Source of the DNA: Promethearchaeota archaeon
GTDB taxonomy: Archaea > Asgardarchaeota > Lokiarchaeia > Sigyniarchaeales > SOKP01
Reading direction: 5' to 3'
Length of the DNA stretch: 64,000 bases
Assembly: GCA_019058245.1 (NCBI GenBank)
Contig: JAHPZJ010000010.1
Location: 78,224 to 142,223 of the forward strand
Part shown: positions 51,227-61,737 of the stretch, piece after piece
Layout: each line of letters opens with the position of its first letter
Position numbering within the stretch: the first letter of the stretch is position 1
Notes under the pieces: generated by a model
Database searches by the model: none
Seen by the model: only the letters and a program-made list of their open reading frames with translations
What the model was told of the DNA's origin: nothing
Made by a program: the position numbers and the translations under genes

Positions 51227-51721
51227 TTAAGAGAAAGGAAAAGGATCTTTTTTATTCACTCCTTTAATTTTGTCTTCTATTCTTGAAATCAAACTATTTA
51301 GACAGTCATAGAGTATTTTTCTTATTTGTTCATAGGTAATATCAATTTCTAAATCATTACTATTACGAAAATCATCATCCTTATAAAGAGCCTTATATAC
51401 ATTTTTAGTTTTAAGAATTTTATAAGAAGCATCGACTATAAAGGCATAAACTAGTTCACTTTCATATTCTCTTTTCATAATTAAAGACAGCATAGCAAAT
51501 TCTTTTTTCCCGCGTCCCCAATCAGATGGAATCTCAAAATGGAAATTGATTATTTTTTTTTTTTTGGTTATTAAAACAATTTCAAAAAAAGTTTCATCAA
51601 TTTCAAGATCAAAGAATTTGAGAAGGTTACTTACAATATCCTCTTCTAATTTAACATCTGGATAAGAAATTAATACATTTGGACCTTTGATTTGATGAAA
51701 ATAAGTAAGGGTGAGAAGCAT
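51227..51721 (-). CDS. Longin/uDENN-like domain protein
   Basis: LTYFHQIKGPNVLISYP N-terminal motif; FEIPS..RG..E...SL. Confidence 0.6.
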   Translation of the reverse strand: MLLTLTYFHQIKGPNVLISYPDVKLEEDIVSNLLKFFDLEIDETFFEIVLITKKKKIINFHFEIPSDWGRGKKEFAMLSLIMKREYESELVYAFIVDASYKILKTKNVYKALYKDDDFRNSNDLEIDITYEQIRKILYDCLNSLISRIEDKIKGVNKKDPFPFS

Positions 51722-51807
51722 GACATTTTAGATTAAATTTTATTATAGTATAAATTTAGCAAATTTAAAATTAATTTAACAGAAAAAGGGGTGATTGAAT
51801 ATATTAA

Positions 51808-52560
51808 TTATCTATTTTTTATCAGAGTTAATATATCATCATATGAGCCTAACAATTGCTTAACATCTGAATTTCTTAATCCTTCATGAGGTTTTCCATC
51901 AAAAAGAATCCTTCCATTGTCCAAAAATAACATTTTTTTCGCCCAGTGTTCAACGAAAAACAAATTGTGAGAGGTGAAAAAGATAGTGATTTCATTTTCT
52001 TTTCGTAGTTTTTCTAAAATTACAAGATGATTGTAGATTGATGTAAAATCTAAATTTGCAAAAGGTTCATCTAAAATGAGTAATTTAGGTTTCATAGCTA
52101 ATAATCCTGCTAAAGCGGCTCTTTTTTTTTGTCCCCAAGAAAGATTAAAAGGTGAATACGTTCTAAACTCAGATAAGTTTACAGCATCTAAAGCCCAATC
52201 TACTCTTACTTTTACCTCTTCCTCATCGAGTTTTAAATTTCTTGGCCCAAAACTAATATCTTCTTCAATAGTAGGGGCAAATAATTGATCATCAGGATTT
52301 TGGAATAAAAATCCAATAGATTCCCTAATCTCCCATAATTCTTTTTTATTTCTTGTAAGTATATTATTAAATATCTTAATATTACCCGATTTAGGTTTTA
52401 ATAATCCAACTAATAGTCTCAATAGAGTAGTTTTACCTGAACCATTATTTCCCGTAAGTCCGCATACTACTTTTTCCTCCAGTTTAAATGATATATTCTG
52501 TATTTTAAAACCAGAATTATAACTATAATTCAAATCCTCTACTTCTACGGCATAATTAAT
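51808..52560 (-). CDS. cbiO: ECF transporter ATPase (probable ATT start 52560)
   Basis: GNNGSGKTT, FQNPDDQLF.PT..D..FGP.N, LSWGQ, LDEP. Confidence 0.92.
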   Translation of the reverse strand: MNYAVEVEDLNYSYNSGFKIQNISFKLEEKVVCGLTGNNGSGKTTLLRLLVGLLKPKSGNIKIFNNILTRNKKELWEIRESIGFLFQNPDDQLFAPTIEEDISFGPRNLKLDEEEVKVRVDWALDAVNLSEFRTYSPFNLSWGQKKRAALAGLLAMKPKLLILDEPFANLDFTSIYNHLVILEKLRKENEITIFFTSHNLFFVEHWAKKMLFLDNGRILFDGKPHEGLRNSDVKQLLGSYDDILTLIKNR

Positions 52561-53342
52561 GTGAATACACCTCGATAAATTAATTCCAAATTAATTACAA
52601 AAATAAAATTGACGATTATTAATATGAATAAAATCAAAATCCCAATATCAGATGCTTTCAATTTAATTGGTGCAAATGAAATTTTGCCAGAAAAACCTCG
52701 CATTTTTAGACTTTCATATAATTTTTCACTTCTTTCCATATTCATTACGATACTCTTGCCCAAAATATAAGCATGTGTCTTTAAATTTTGCCAGTATGTA
52801 CTAATTTTTTTACCCCTCATTTCCTGCGCTTCAAGTATCTTTTTATTAGAACTAGCAAGGATTGGGATATAATGTAGCATAATTATTAAAGATCCAATTA
52901 ATACTGAGGGTATTCTTAATTTTGTTAAGGCACCTATAAATTCTGAATATGTTAAAGTTGAGAAAAACGACATGAAAATAAATAGAGCACCAAATATTCG
53001 AAGTGATAAAAGAAAAGCAAGATTTAATCCTTCTTGATATATTGTAATTCCAATAGGGAATCTATAATATACCGTTTCACCAACATAAAATGGAATAAAA
53101 ATCGTTATTAAAAAAACAAATGGGATAACAATTTTTAATCTTGAAAATATTGTTATAAAATTTACTCGGAGGAGTAGATCAATAATTAATGTAATAAATA
53201 AAATTGTTATTGTTAGATAAAAATCCTCCAAAACTAAAAAAGGTATTACTAGAATAAATGGTATAATTAAACGAATTAAAGGGTGTATCCTTCTTAAATA
53301 AAGTCTTTCATTCTCCAGTCTAAAAGGTAATGTAGTTCTCAA
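52545..53342 (-). CDS. cbiQ: ECF transporter T component
   Basis: IHP..RL, AL.KL.IP, AQEMRG, ERSE..YESL.MRGF. Confidence 0.9.
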   Translation of the reverse strand: MRTTLPFRLENERLYLRRIHPLIRLIIPFILVIPFLVLEDFYLTITILFITLIIDLLLRVNFITIFSRLKIVIPFVFLITIFIPFYVGETVYYRFPIGITIYQEGLNLAFLLSLRIFGALFIFMSFFSTLTYSEFIGALTKLRIPSVLIGSLIIMLHYIPILASSNKKILEAQEMRGKKISTYWQNLKTHAYILGKSIVMNMERSEKLYESLKMRGFSGKISFAPIKLKASDIGILILFILIIVNFIFVINLELIYRGVFTLIMP

Positions 53343-53481
53343 AGTTTAATCAGTTGGAGTAATTTTTAAAAAGTGATACTAATTATTTAAAAAAGTAATA
53401 CTTATAAAAATCATACTCTTTTATAATATAGTAACATTCTAATTATACATAACAAATAAAATTAACCTCTATTTTTTAAAA

Positions 53482-54477
53482 ATGCATATACCAGATGGAT
53501 TATTGGATCCCGCCACTATTATTGTCCTTTGGGTTGTAGTAATAGCTGTAATGGTTCTTGGATATTTTAAGATTGGAAAAGTTTTTGAGAAAGAGGATTC
53601 TGAGAAACTAATTCCTTATATTGGAGTTTTAGCTGCTGTAATATTTGCATTTCAATTTGTAAATTATCCTGTTCCTGGAGGAACTTCTGGTCATTTAATA
53701 GGAGGAACTCTTGTTGCAGTTATATTAGGTCCATGGGCATCAGTTATCATTATTTTTTTAGTTTTAGTTGTTCAAAGCATGTTTGGAGATGGAGGAATAT
53801 TAGCTTTAGGCGCAAATGCTTTCAATATGGGAATAATTGCAGGAATGGTTGGATTCTATATTGTAGTATTTATAGTAAAAATCCTAAACAAAACATCTAT
53901 TAAGAAAGAAATAGCAGTAACCATTGGAACTGCTATTGGATCATATATTTCTATTGTATTAGCCTCTTTTATTTGTGGGATTGAAATCAGTATTTCAGGT
54001 GCAGTTCCATTTCAAATTGCTATCCCCGCTATGGTTTATTGGCACCTCTTAATAGGTATTGGTGAAGCGATTATTTCTGCTTTAATTGTTTTATACATTT
54101 ATAGAGTTAAACCAGAAATAATTATGACTGAATCTATTATGATGGAAAAAGTGCTAAAAATAAATATTTCTAAATATAGGAAACCTATAATTACAATATT
54201 CGTAGTTTCTATAACATTAATATTAATGATAGCAGTAGGATTTACGATTGGAATTTTATCGAATGCCCCAGATGGATTAGAACGAGTATTGATAGATCAA
54301 AATGGTGAATCTTGGCTTGAGAATTTAGTATCTCCCTGGGTACCTATATTTAGCTGGATAACTAGTGAATATGGTGCAGCAATTTTAGGCATCGCAATAT
54401 CTGTTATTTTAATGTCATCTGTTTTCTATTTAATTATTAGATATAAAAAAAATAATTCGATTGATGACGATTTATAA
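53482..54477 (+). CDS. cbiM: Ni/Co ECF S component fused to a PDGLE (NikN-like) domain
   Basis: MHIPDG N-terminus, GTSGHLIGG, FGDGG..LGAN; C-terminal PDGLE. Confidence 0.92.
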   Translation: MHIPDGLLDPATIIVLWVVVIAVMVLGYFKIGKVFEKEDSEKLIPYIGVLAAVIFAFQFVNYPVPGGTSGHLIGGTLVAVILGPWASVIIIFLVLVVQSMFGDGGILALGANAFNMGIIAGMVGFYIVVFIVKILNKTSIKKEIAVTIGTAIGSYISIVLASFICGIEISISGAVPFQIAIPAMVYWHLLIGIGEAIISALIVLYIYRVKPEIIMTESIMMEKVLKINISKYRKPIITIFVVSITLILMIAVGFTIGILSNAPDGLERVLIDQNGESWLENLVSPWVPIFSWITSEYGAAILGIAISVILMSSVFYLIIRYKKNNSIDDDL

Positions 54478-54539
54478 AAAAACCTTTTTTTCTACTGAAC
54501 ATTAATTTAAAAAAAAAGAATAGAGATTCATACGAATAT

Positions 54540-55277
54540 CTATTTATTTCCAAATTTCTTGAATAAGAACATACCAATAATTATTATTATCAAACTCACT
54601 ATAGTAATAAACGTAAAACCAGTAATTATCCAAGAATTTGTTAAATCGCCACTGAAAATCGCAGATAAAGCATTAGTTGCATAATAACTTGGCATGAACA
54701 TAGCAATAGGTTTAGTAGTTGCAGTGACCGGTATAAAAGTTCCAAGAAACATTTGAGGTAAAATAAAGATAAATGATAAGCCTGTGGCGGTTCCGGAAGA
54801 TTTTGAGATTGTGGCTGTTATAAGTCCTAATCCTACTGAACTTAGGGAAAATACAATCATCAAAAGAAACGCCAAGAACATTCCAAGAACTTTCGTATTT
54901 GGATTAAATCCAAAGGGAAGAGCCAAAAGATACACTATAATTACTTGAAATATAACCATAATCATATTTGAAATGATTTCGCTAGCCATAAAATCTCCTG
55001 ATGTCATAGGGGATATGTTTAATCTCTTTAATAGCCCCTGATCTCTCATTTCGGTAAATGATTGGGCAACAATCATTATGATAAAAATGCAAGCATATCC
55101 AAATAATCCAGGGGCAACAGTTTCCATAGACATACCAAACTCAGGATCTGCAAAAATAAATCCAAACATAATTGTAAGAACTGCGGGAAATAATAGCATC
55201 AGAAACAAAAATGCTGGTTCTCGAACTATCTTTAATAATTCCATCTTCAATAAAACTCTTATTCTCTTAAAATTCAA
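54540..55277 (-). CDS. ABC-2 exporter permease
   Basis: R..GLLKRL..SP, FLGTFIP, MP.YY. Confidence 0.88.
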   Translation of the reverse strand: MNFKRIRVLLKMELLKIVREPAFLFLMLLFPAVLTIMFGFIFADPEFGMSMETVAPGLFGYACIFIIMIVAQSFTEMRDQGLLKRLNISPMTSGDFMASEIISNMIMVIFQVIIVYLLALPFGFNPNTKVLGMFLAFLLMIVFSLSSVGLGLITATISKSSGTATGLSFIFILPQMFLGTFIPVTATTKPIAMFMPSYYATNALSAIFSGDLTNSWIITGFTFITIVSLIIIIIGMFLFKKFGNK

Positions 55278-56150
55278 TTACATCCCCTCCATTATTCTTC
55301 TTCCTGTAATTTTCATAAATACTTCCTCCAAATTGTTAACTGAGTATTTTTCAATCAGTTCCTTTGGATTTCCGATTTCAATTAATTTTCCATAATCTAT
55401 TATTGCTACTCTATCACAGAGTTTTTCAGCTTCTTCAATGTAATGTGTTGTTAGAAATATTGTTTTATTCGTTTTCTTTAGTGAACGTATGAATTCCCAA
55501 GTTGCTCTACGGACTCTAGGATCCATGCCAACAGTAGGTTCATCTAAAAAGGCTATTTTGGGGTCATGTATTAATGCTATTATCAGATTTAACTGTCTCA
55601 ACATTCCACCACTATACCCTTTAGTTTTTCTCTTACTCGCATTAGACAAATTTAGAATATCTAATAATTTATTCGTTCTCTCCTTTATTTCAGCTTTATT
55701 CATTGAATGAAGACCACCAAAAAGTTCAATCATTTCTTTTCCTGTTAAAAATTTAAATATCGCAGGTTCTTGAGGGCAAACTCCAATCAATTGTTTAATA
55801 TGATAGAGCCCGTCTTGCACATCATATCCGTTTATAATTGCAGTGCCACTTGTTGCTTTTAATAATCCAATCAAGATATTAATTGTCGTTGTTTTTCCTG
55901 CTCCATTTGGACCTAAAAAACCGAATATCTCGCCAGATTTTACTTTAAACGAGACGTCGTCAACCGCGATTACGTCATCATAGCCTTTCTTTGCGTTAAA
56001 TACTTTCCTAAGGTTATCTACCTCAATGGAAAATTTACTATTTGGGTTTATAATATTTTCAGGTTTTTCATATTCTTTTGTTTTAATTTCTGACATTTTA
56101 TTCACTTGCTTTGTTTTACATAATTTAACATTTAGATCAATATAAAACAT
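55278..56150 (-). CDS. ABC exporter ATP-binding protein
   Basis: GPNGAGKTT, YSGGM, LDEPTVGMDP, TTHY. Confidence 0.93.
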   Translation of the reverse strand: MFYIDLNVKLCKTKQVNKMSEIKTKEYEKPENIINPNSKFSIEVDNLRKVFNAKKGYDDVIAVDDVSFKVKSGEIFGFLGPNGAGKTTTINILIGLLKATSGTAIINGYDVQDGLYHIKQLIGVCPQEPAIFKFLTGKEMIELFGGLHSMNKAEIKERTNKLLDILNLSNASKRKTKGYSGGMLRQLNLIIALIHDPKIAFLDEPTVGMDPRVRRATWEFIRSLKKTNKTIFLTTHYIEEAEKLCDRVAIIDYGKLIEIGNPKELIEKYSVNNLEEVFMKITGRRIMEGM

Positions 56151-56411
56151 TTTTAGTCCATTATTTGATATTGAAATATCATATACCGCTTATAAATTCG
56201 ATGATACCTTATAATATTATAAATGAGTAAAAAGTAATGGCAAAATAGGTGTTTTTTAACCCAAGTGGGTTAAGAAAAGTATAATTATTACTATTCTATT
56301 TTGTACTATTTAAATCAATAATTAAATTACTAAGTAAAAAATATATAGAAAGACCTTATTCTACATTATCACCTTATTAGGTATGAAAACTGAGAATTTT
56401 TATTCCAAAAG

Positions 56412-57347
56412 TTATCTTTTTAGTTTAAGTTTTATATCTTTAACTCTATCCTCTAATTGTTTGTCAATCCATGTAGGATACATTTTTCCTTGAATAAGTA
56501 TAGTTACTTCTACTGATTCATATCTTATATCGGAAAGAAATGAAGTTTCAATGTTTTGTAATTCCTTCATTGATTCAATCCAGATAGAAACAAGTTTAAT
56601 ATGAGGTAAATTGCTAAAGGACCACGTAAAAAGGATTTTTGAACCATAATGGTTTTTTAGATTATTAATGAATTCATTATCTTCTATAATCAATTCAGAC
56701 TTTAAATTTAAGATAATTATTGAGATAATTTGACCAGAATTATCAGGATACCAGTCAATCTGGAATTGGACTAAGAAGTTGTTGATTAGGTTATCTAACC
56801 TCCTACTAACAGTTTTAGTGGAAATATCTAATTCATTAGCGATATCTGATATATTTTTTCTAGCATTATCCTTTAAAGAATCTATAATAAGATAATCCAT
56901 ATCTGAGAGCTTTTTAATGTTTTCTGAAGAAAATGATGGCATATTCCTATCAATACCAATAGTTAAATCGCTAATATCTCCATTTTTACGGATATATGAA
57001 ATTAAATAATCCAATTCACTTGTATTTTGAATATAAGCGTAAATATAGAATAAGTTTCCACTTGCACGAGTTATATTGTAAATATTTTCATTATTGCCCA
57101 ATTTTTTCATCAATTTTTTTTTATCTTGAATATTTGAGATACCATACATTAAAATATTAGAAATATTCGGAAAGTTTGCAAAACCAAGCCGAGCTTTAAA
57201 ACCTTGAATAATATTAAGATTGACTAAAGATCTAATTCTCTTATGGATGGAATTAACGCTTATATGGAAAAATTCTGCTAAATTTTTATAAGGCATCCTT
57301 GAATTAGCCATTAGAAGCATGCAGATTGTGAAATCAATTTCATCCAT
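56412..57347 (-). CDS. Lrp/AsnC-family regulator, duplicated
   Basis: MDEID..I..L..NSR..HTH; second unit LSDMD..II..LKDNARK..IA.EL..S.KTV.RR. Confidence 0.87.
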   Translation of the reverse strand: MDEIDFTICMLLMANSRMPYKNLAEFFHISVNSIHKRIRSLVNLNIIQGFKARLGFANFPNISNILMYGISNIQDKKKLMKKLGNNENIYNITRASGNLFYIYAYIQNTSELDYLISYIRKNGDISDLTIGIDRNMPSFSSENIKKLSDMDYLIIDSLKDNARKNISDIANELDISTKTVSRRLDNLINNFLVQFQIDWYPDNSGQIISIIILNLKSELIIEDNEFINNLKNHYGSKILFTWSFSNLPHIKLVSIWIESMKELQNIETSFLSDIRYESVEVTILIQGKMYPTWIDKQLEDRVKDIKLKLKR

Positions 57348-57462
57348 ATTATTATCTCATTTTTTAAATTTGAATAATTACGTTATATTATTATCAAACC
57401 TTATTATAATACTTTTAATAAAAATACGATTTCTCATACATATTAAATAAATTGTTTATGCT

Positions 57463-58059
57463 ATGAATATTGTCTTCTTTATCTATTCTAAAACAGTAAA
57501 CATTGATAATTATAATATTAAAGATATACCAGGAACCTCAGGAAGATTAGACGTAATTTCACGATGCATCTTAGCAGTATTGCTACGGAATAAATATTTT
57601 GAAAGATATATTCAGATATGGATATTTCTGGACCGTTATGGTACTTTTTTTTTAAATTCTAAGTTTTTTGATTTTGATTTTTTTCCTAAAAATGAAATCC
57701 TTTTCACAGATTATTTTGTTGATTTCCTTCAAAAACTTAAGAGTAATAATGATTTGAAGCTTAATCCGCTAAACACAATTAGAAATTCAACAATGAATTT
57801 TAAAGAAGCATTAAGATACTTTCAACAATTAAATTACAATATATACATTTTAGTTGAACAAGGCCAAGATTTTTTTGAGATATTAAGCAATCTAAAAGAA
57901 AAAAAAAGTATCCTCTTTATAATTGGGAGTCAAGAGGATGAATATATTTACTCAAAGGAATTATCTACACTAAAAATTCCGAATATAAGTATTGGAAATC
58001 AATCTTATCTAGCTTCTTCAGTTATAAGATTATTGAAATTACATTTACTAGCATTATAA
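57463..58059 (+). CDS. trmY: tRNA pseudouridine-54 N1-methyltransferase (SPOUT)
   Basis: DIPGTSGRLDVISRC, L.EQG, FIIG, ISIG..SYLAS. Confidence 0.8.
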   Translation: MNIVFFIYSKTVNIDNYNIKDIPGTSGRLDVISRCILAVLLRNKYFERYIQIWIFLDRYGTFFLNSKFFDFDFFPKNEILFTDYFVDFLQKLKSNNDLKLNPLNTIRNSTMNFKEALRYFQQLNYNIYILVEQGQDFFEILSNLKEKKSILFIIGSQEDEYIYSKELSTLKIPNISIGNQSYLASSVIRLLKLHLLAL

Positions 58060-58130
58060 TAAATTTTTTATTATAATATAATTTTAAAAATAATAATCTA
58101 AATTATTAGATATTAGGTTTTATAACGGAA

Positions 58131-58853
58131 TTGAATGAAATAGTTGATACAAAAAAGAGAAGGCAACAGAGGGAAATTTCAAGTAGGTTTATTGATCGCC
58201 CAGTAGAATTTTTAATTAAACATAATTTTACTCCTAATAAAATTTCTTATTTAGGATTTATATGTACGTTAGTTGTTTCATTATTAATTGCAATATGTGG
58301 CTTATATTTTTCAATATGGCTTTCATGGATAATTCCTTTCATCTTGGGGTTTGCAGGTGCTTTTGATTTATTTGATGGCGAAGTAGCAAGAAGAACAGGA
58401 AATGAAACGCAATCTGGTGCATTTCTTGATTCAAATTTGGATAGACTTTCAGATGCTATATTTATTTTGGGTTTAATATATGGAGGATTATTAAATTATT
58501 TATTAGGTTATATTATTCTGTTTCTAGTTATCATGATCTCTTATATTCGTTCTAGAGCTGAAAGTGAGGGTGTAAGTATGAAAGGCATTGGATTTATGGA
58601 ACGAGCTGAACGGATTTTATTTTTGCTTTTTACTATTATAATAGAATTAATTATATATTTTTCAACAAGTATTTTATCAGGTGAACCGTTAACAATTCTT
58701 ATTCCATTTGTTACGAGAATCCCAGTAACACCTGTTTTTCTTATAGCTATTTTAATTTACACTTGTACTTTAATCTATACTATTCTGCAAAGACTAAGTT
58801 ATGCCTTTAAAGCTTTAAAAAGTCCTAATAGTAATAGAAAAGGTATAAGTTAG
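58131..58853 (+). CDS. CDP-alcohol phosphatidyltransferase (archaetidylinositol-phosphate synthase-like)
   Basis: TPN, DLFDGEVAR...GAFLDSNLDRLSD, SYIRSRAE, GFMERAER. Confidence 0.9.
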   Translation: MNEIVDTKKRRQQREISSRFIDRPVEFLIKHNFTPNKISYLGFICTLVVSLLIAICGLYFSIWLSWIIPFILGFAGAFDLFDGEVARRTGNETQSGAFLDSNLDRLSDAIFILGLIYGGLLNYLLGYIILFLVIMISYIRSRAESEGVSMKGIGFMERAERILFLLFTIIIELIIYFSTSILSGEPLTILIPFVTRIPVTPVFLIAILIYTCTLIYTILQRLSYAFKALKSPNSNRKGIS

Positions 58854-58988
58854 TTTGTAATTTAACCAAAATTAAATATTTGTCTTTATGATTCTTATAC
58901 CTAAAGATAAATTTTTTAAGTTTTACACTATTCTATTAGTTAATACTGTAAAATGCAAATAAGATAAATTAAATATTAGCTGATTTTT

Positions 58989-59261
58989 ATTCCAAAAAAA
59001 AGAAAAAGTGGTGGTAAAAGCGGTTCTAGTAAAGGACACTATGCTAGAGTTCAATGTAGCAAATGTGGAAGATTTGTACCAAGAAGTAAAGCAAAAGCTG
59101 TAACAAGAAAGGTTTCTCTTGTGGATGGGCGAATGTATACTGAACTAAAAAAAACAGGTACAATTATTCAAGCTCCAAGCAAAACTAAATATTACTGTAT
59201 TTCATGCGCGGTACATAGTCATCAAATTAGTCAACGTGATAAGAGTTTAAGAAGAGAATAA
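58989..59261 (+). CDS. rps26e: 30S ribosomal protein S26e, 90 aa, ATT start (missing from the ORF track)
   Basis: (M)PKKRKSGG..KGH..VQCSKCGR.VPR.KA....YCISCAVH. Confidence 0.93.
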   Translation: MPKKRKSGGKSGSSKGHYARVQCSKCGRFVPRSKAKAVTRKVSLVDGRMYTELKKTGTIIQAPSKTKYYCISCAVHSHQISQRDKSLRRE

Positions 59262-59854
59262 GGAATTATTTATTTAATTTTTGTTTGAATATAGGTTATC
59301 AAAAAACTCTTTATTTTTAAGAATAACCCTATGACTACGTTTTCTATCATTTTTTATAATTTTTTTAAAGAAAATTTTATCCTTTCCTAAATAGTTATCG
59401 CGTAATTCAGCTAATTTGACTAAATTGAAGTTTGTGTTATTAATATTATTATAATCTCTTAAATTAAATGAGTCAAAAATATAGTAAGTACCAATTGAAT
59501 TGCCTCTAGTGCGTTTTTTACACTTAAGAATCTATTTTTACAATAATTTATAAATCTTTTAGAAATTACTAATGGTTGTATATAATTTGTATTATTTACT
59601 TCTGAATCGAAAAAATAATAATTGAATTTTTGTTCAGAAAGTCCATTTTTTAAATGGTTCCCCTTCTTTATTTCCGCAGTTAATAAAAGGAATAAAAGTA
59701 AAAATCTATAGAATTGAATAATGCTTTTGCAGTAATATCTTTTGAAATATTGAAAATTTATCTTATTTATAATGATTGTTATTATCGGATAGTATAGATT
59801 TTTAAAGTAAGTAAAATCTTAAATATAGCACTGTGATTTCTTTATAACAATCGT

Positions 59855-60127
59855 TTATTCATATGGTATTAAATATACATATTTCGAAAGATCAAATTTT
59901 TCTATCTTAATTTCTTCGTAAGAAATTCTTTTTAAGAGACTTATTAAGGGTAATTTTAAGACCGTGTTAGAATCTTCAAAATAAATATTATCATAAAAGA
60001 TTTGCTCAACCTTATTATAATCTATATGCTTTCTTTTACCAAAATCTAGTTCTTTTTCTTTAAAAAACATTTTTAATGGTACTTTGTAGTATATATATGG
60101 ATTATCCCTACATTTTAGTATATTCAA
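59855..60127 (-). CDS. Hypothetical protein or gene remnant
   Basis: 90-aa ORF in a sparsely coding AT-rich stretch. Confidence 0.35.
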   Translation of the reverse strand: MNILKCRDNPYIYYKVPLKMFFKEKELDFGKRKHIDYNKVEQIFYDNIYFEDSNTVLKLPLISLLKRISYEEIKIEKFDLSKYVYLIPYE

Positions 60128-60456
60128 TATAAAAAAAGTTATATTTAAAGTTAAGTAGAGTGATGAGTGCAGAAAATTTGTAAGAACAAATTTGTTGGTT
60201 TAGAATCGTGAATTTTAATGATTGTTTTAAAATAGAGAATTTAATAAAGATAAAAACTGTGTAAAAGAATTAAAACAGGTTAAGATCATCCAAATTTATC
60301 TTTTTGACTAAAATAAGAAGAAATAAGTAAGTTAACAACAATCTTGAAATTTGAGAAGAGAGAGATTTATTTGTTTGATAATTATTCCCGACAAATATGA
60401 CTAAATTTAAATATTAATTCTATTATTCTATTATCATTCTTATTTCTTAGTTAAGG

Positions 60457-61737
60457 GTGCAAATGTTGAGTTCATTTATAAAGAGGATTTTAAATTTTTT
60501 TTTTTTAATTCATAAAAAAGATTCTGAGGAAATGAGAAAAAAAAAAGTTCTCAATATTTTACTTCTCGGAATACAATCTACAAATTGTTGGATTATTTTT
60601 ATATATTTTAGTTTCTTCATCATTGGATCTCCTATTGGAGGAATTAAAGAAACAATTTTGATATTAGGTTTATCCATCTTTGCTTTTTTCGGAGGTATTG
60701 TGATTTTCTTGGTAAATAACTATTTTTCTAATAAATTAGCTATTAGCGCTTTTCTAGTACTAGTAACAATACTTATATTTCTTTCAGACACACCCTATGA
60801 ACTTGTCTTAGGTAGATCTCTTCTTCTGCTTGTGTTACCTATCATTATGGCTGGATTTTTAATAACCCCATATATGAGTTTTATTATGACATTTTTGATT
60901 ATTTTTGTCAATATACTTATTTGTTTTATCAATGGATTCTTTCCTAATTTTATTGGATTAAACATTTATGTACTTATTGCATTCATAACATGGTTTTCTG
61001 TATTTAATTTCGAGAAATCTATTGAAAAATATCAAGAAGCGTATAATAGAGAAAGTTTTTATAAGGATCTTTTCGTTCATGATACTAACAATATTCTTCA
61101 AAATATATTAATGGGTTTAGAATTATTTGAACAAGACTTAAAAATTTCCAGAGATTCAACTGAAGATGAATCATTAAACTTGATTAAAGAACAAATTGAC
61201 AGGGGAACACACTTTATTAGGAATGTTAGAAAATTTAGCTTAATTTTCGAATCTGAAACATTTTTAGAAAAACTAGATTTTAAAGTATTTTTAGAAGAAG
61301 CCATTAAAAAGCTTAAAAAAAAGACCGAAAAAAGAGAAGTAAAAATTCTAATTGAAACCAAGCTACAAAATTTTACTGTAATGGCAAATAAATTCTTACT
61401 TGATGTATTTGAAAATATTCTCTTTAATTCTGTTATTCACAATGATAGTTTAATTGTTGAGATATTAATTAAGATCTCTCACATTCAAGAAGAAGGAAAA
61501 CAATTTTTAAAGACCGAGTTTATTGATAATGGAGTAGGCATTCCAGATTCAAGAAAACAAAGTCTATTTACCAGGGATTTTGGGATGAATAAAAGTCTTA
61601 ATGGATTAGGATTGGGATTATCGCTTGTTAAAAGCATTTTAGATATGTATAATGCTAAAATCGGAGTTAAAAACAAAATTCCAGAGGATTTTACCAAAGG
61701 AAGTAATTTTATTCTTAAATTTCCGGAGGTAGAATGA
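60457..61737 (+). CDS. Membrane-bound sensor histidine kinase
   Basis: About 6 TM segments; HDTNNILQ, NILFNSV.H, DNGVGI, GLGLGL. Confidence 0.92.
   Translation: MQMLSSFIKRILNFFFLIHKKDSEEMRKKKVLNILLLGIQSTNCWIIFIYFSFFIIGSPIGGIKETILILGLSIFAFFGGIVIFLVNNYFSNKLAISAFLVLVTILIFLSDTPYELVLGRSLLLLVLPIIMAGFLITPYMSFIMTFLIIFVNILICFINGFFPNFIGLNIYVLIAFITWFSVFNFEKSIEKYQEAYNRESFYKDLFVHDTNNILQNILMGLELFEQDLKISRDSTEDESLNLIKEQIDRGTHFIRNVRKFSLIFESETFLEKLDFKVFLEEAIKKLKKKTEKREVKILIETKLQNFTVMANKFLLDVFENILFNSVIHNDSLIVEILIKISHIQEEGKQFLKTEFIDNGVGIPDSRKQSLFTRDFGMNKSLNGLGLGLSLVKSILDMYNAKIGVKNKIPEDFTKGSNFILKFPEVE

Noticed and set aside
58953-58992. Intron joining the upstream ATG to S26e CCA
   Set aside because: It is in frame (36 nt), but no 4-bp central helix can be formed at the required cut sites
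59262-59854. Gene in the gap after rps26e
   Set aside because: Only short broken frames; possibly decayed sequence, but no recognisable homology
3810-61697. Other short ORFs overlapping assigned genes (e.g. 23061-23477, 36713-37012, 41091-41573, 55078-55395)
   Set aside because: Shadow frames of well-supported genes, with no motifs of their own
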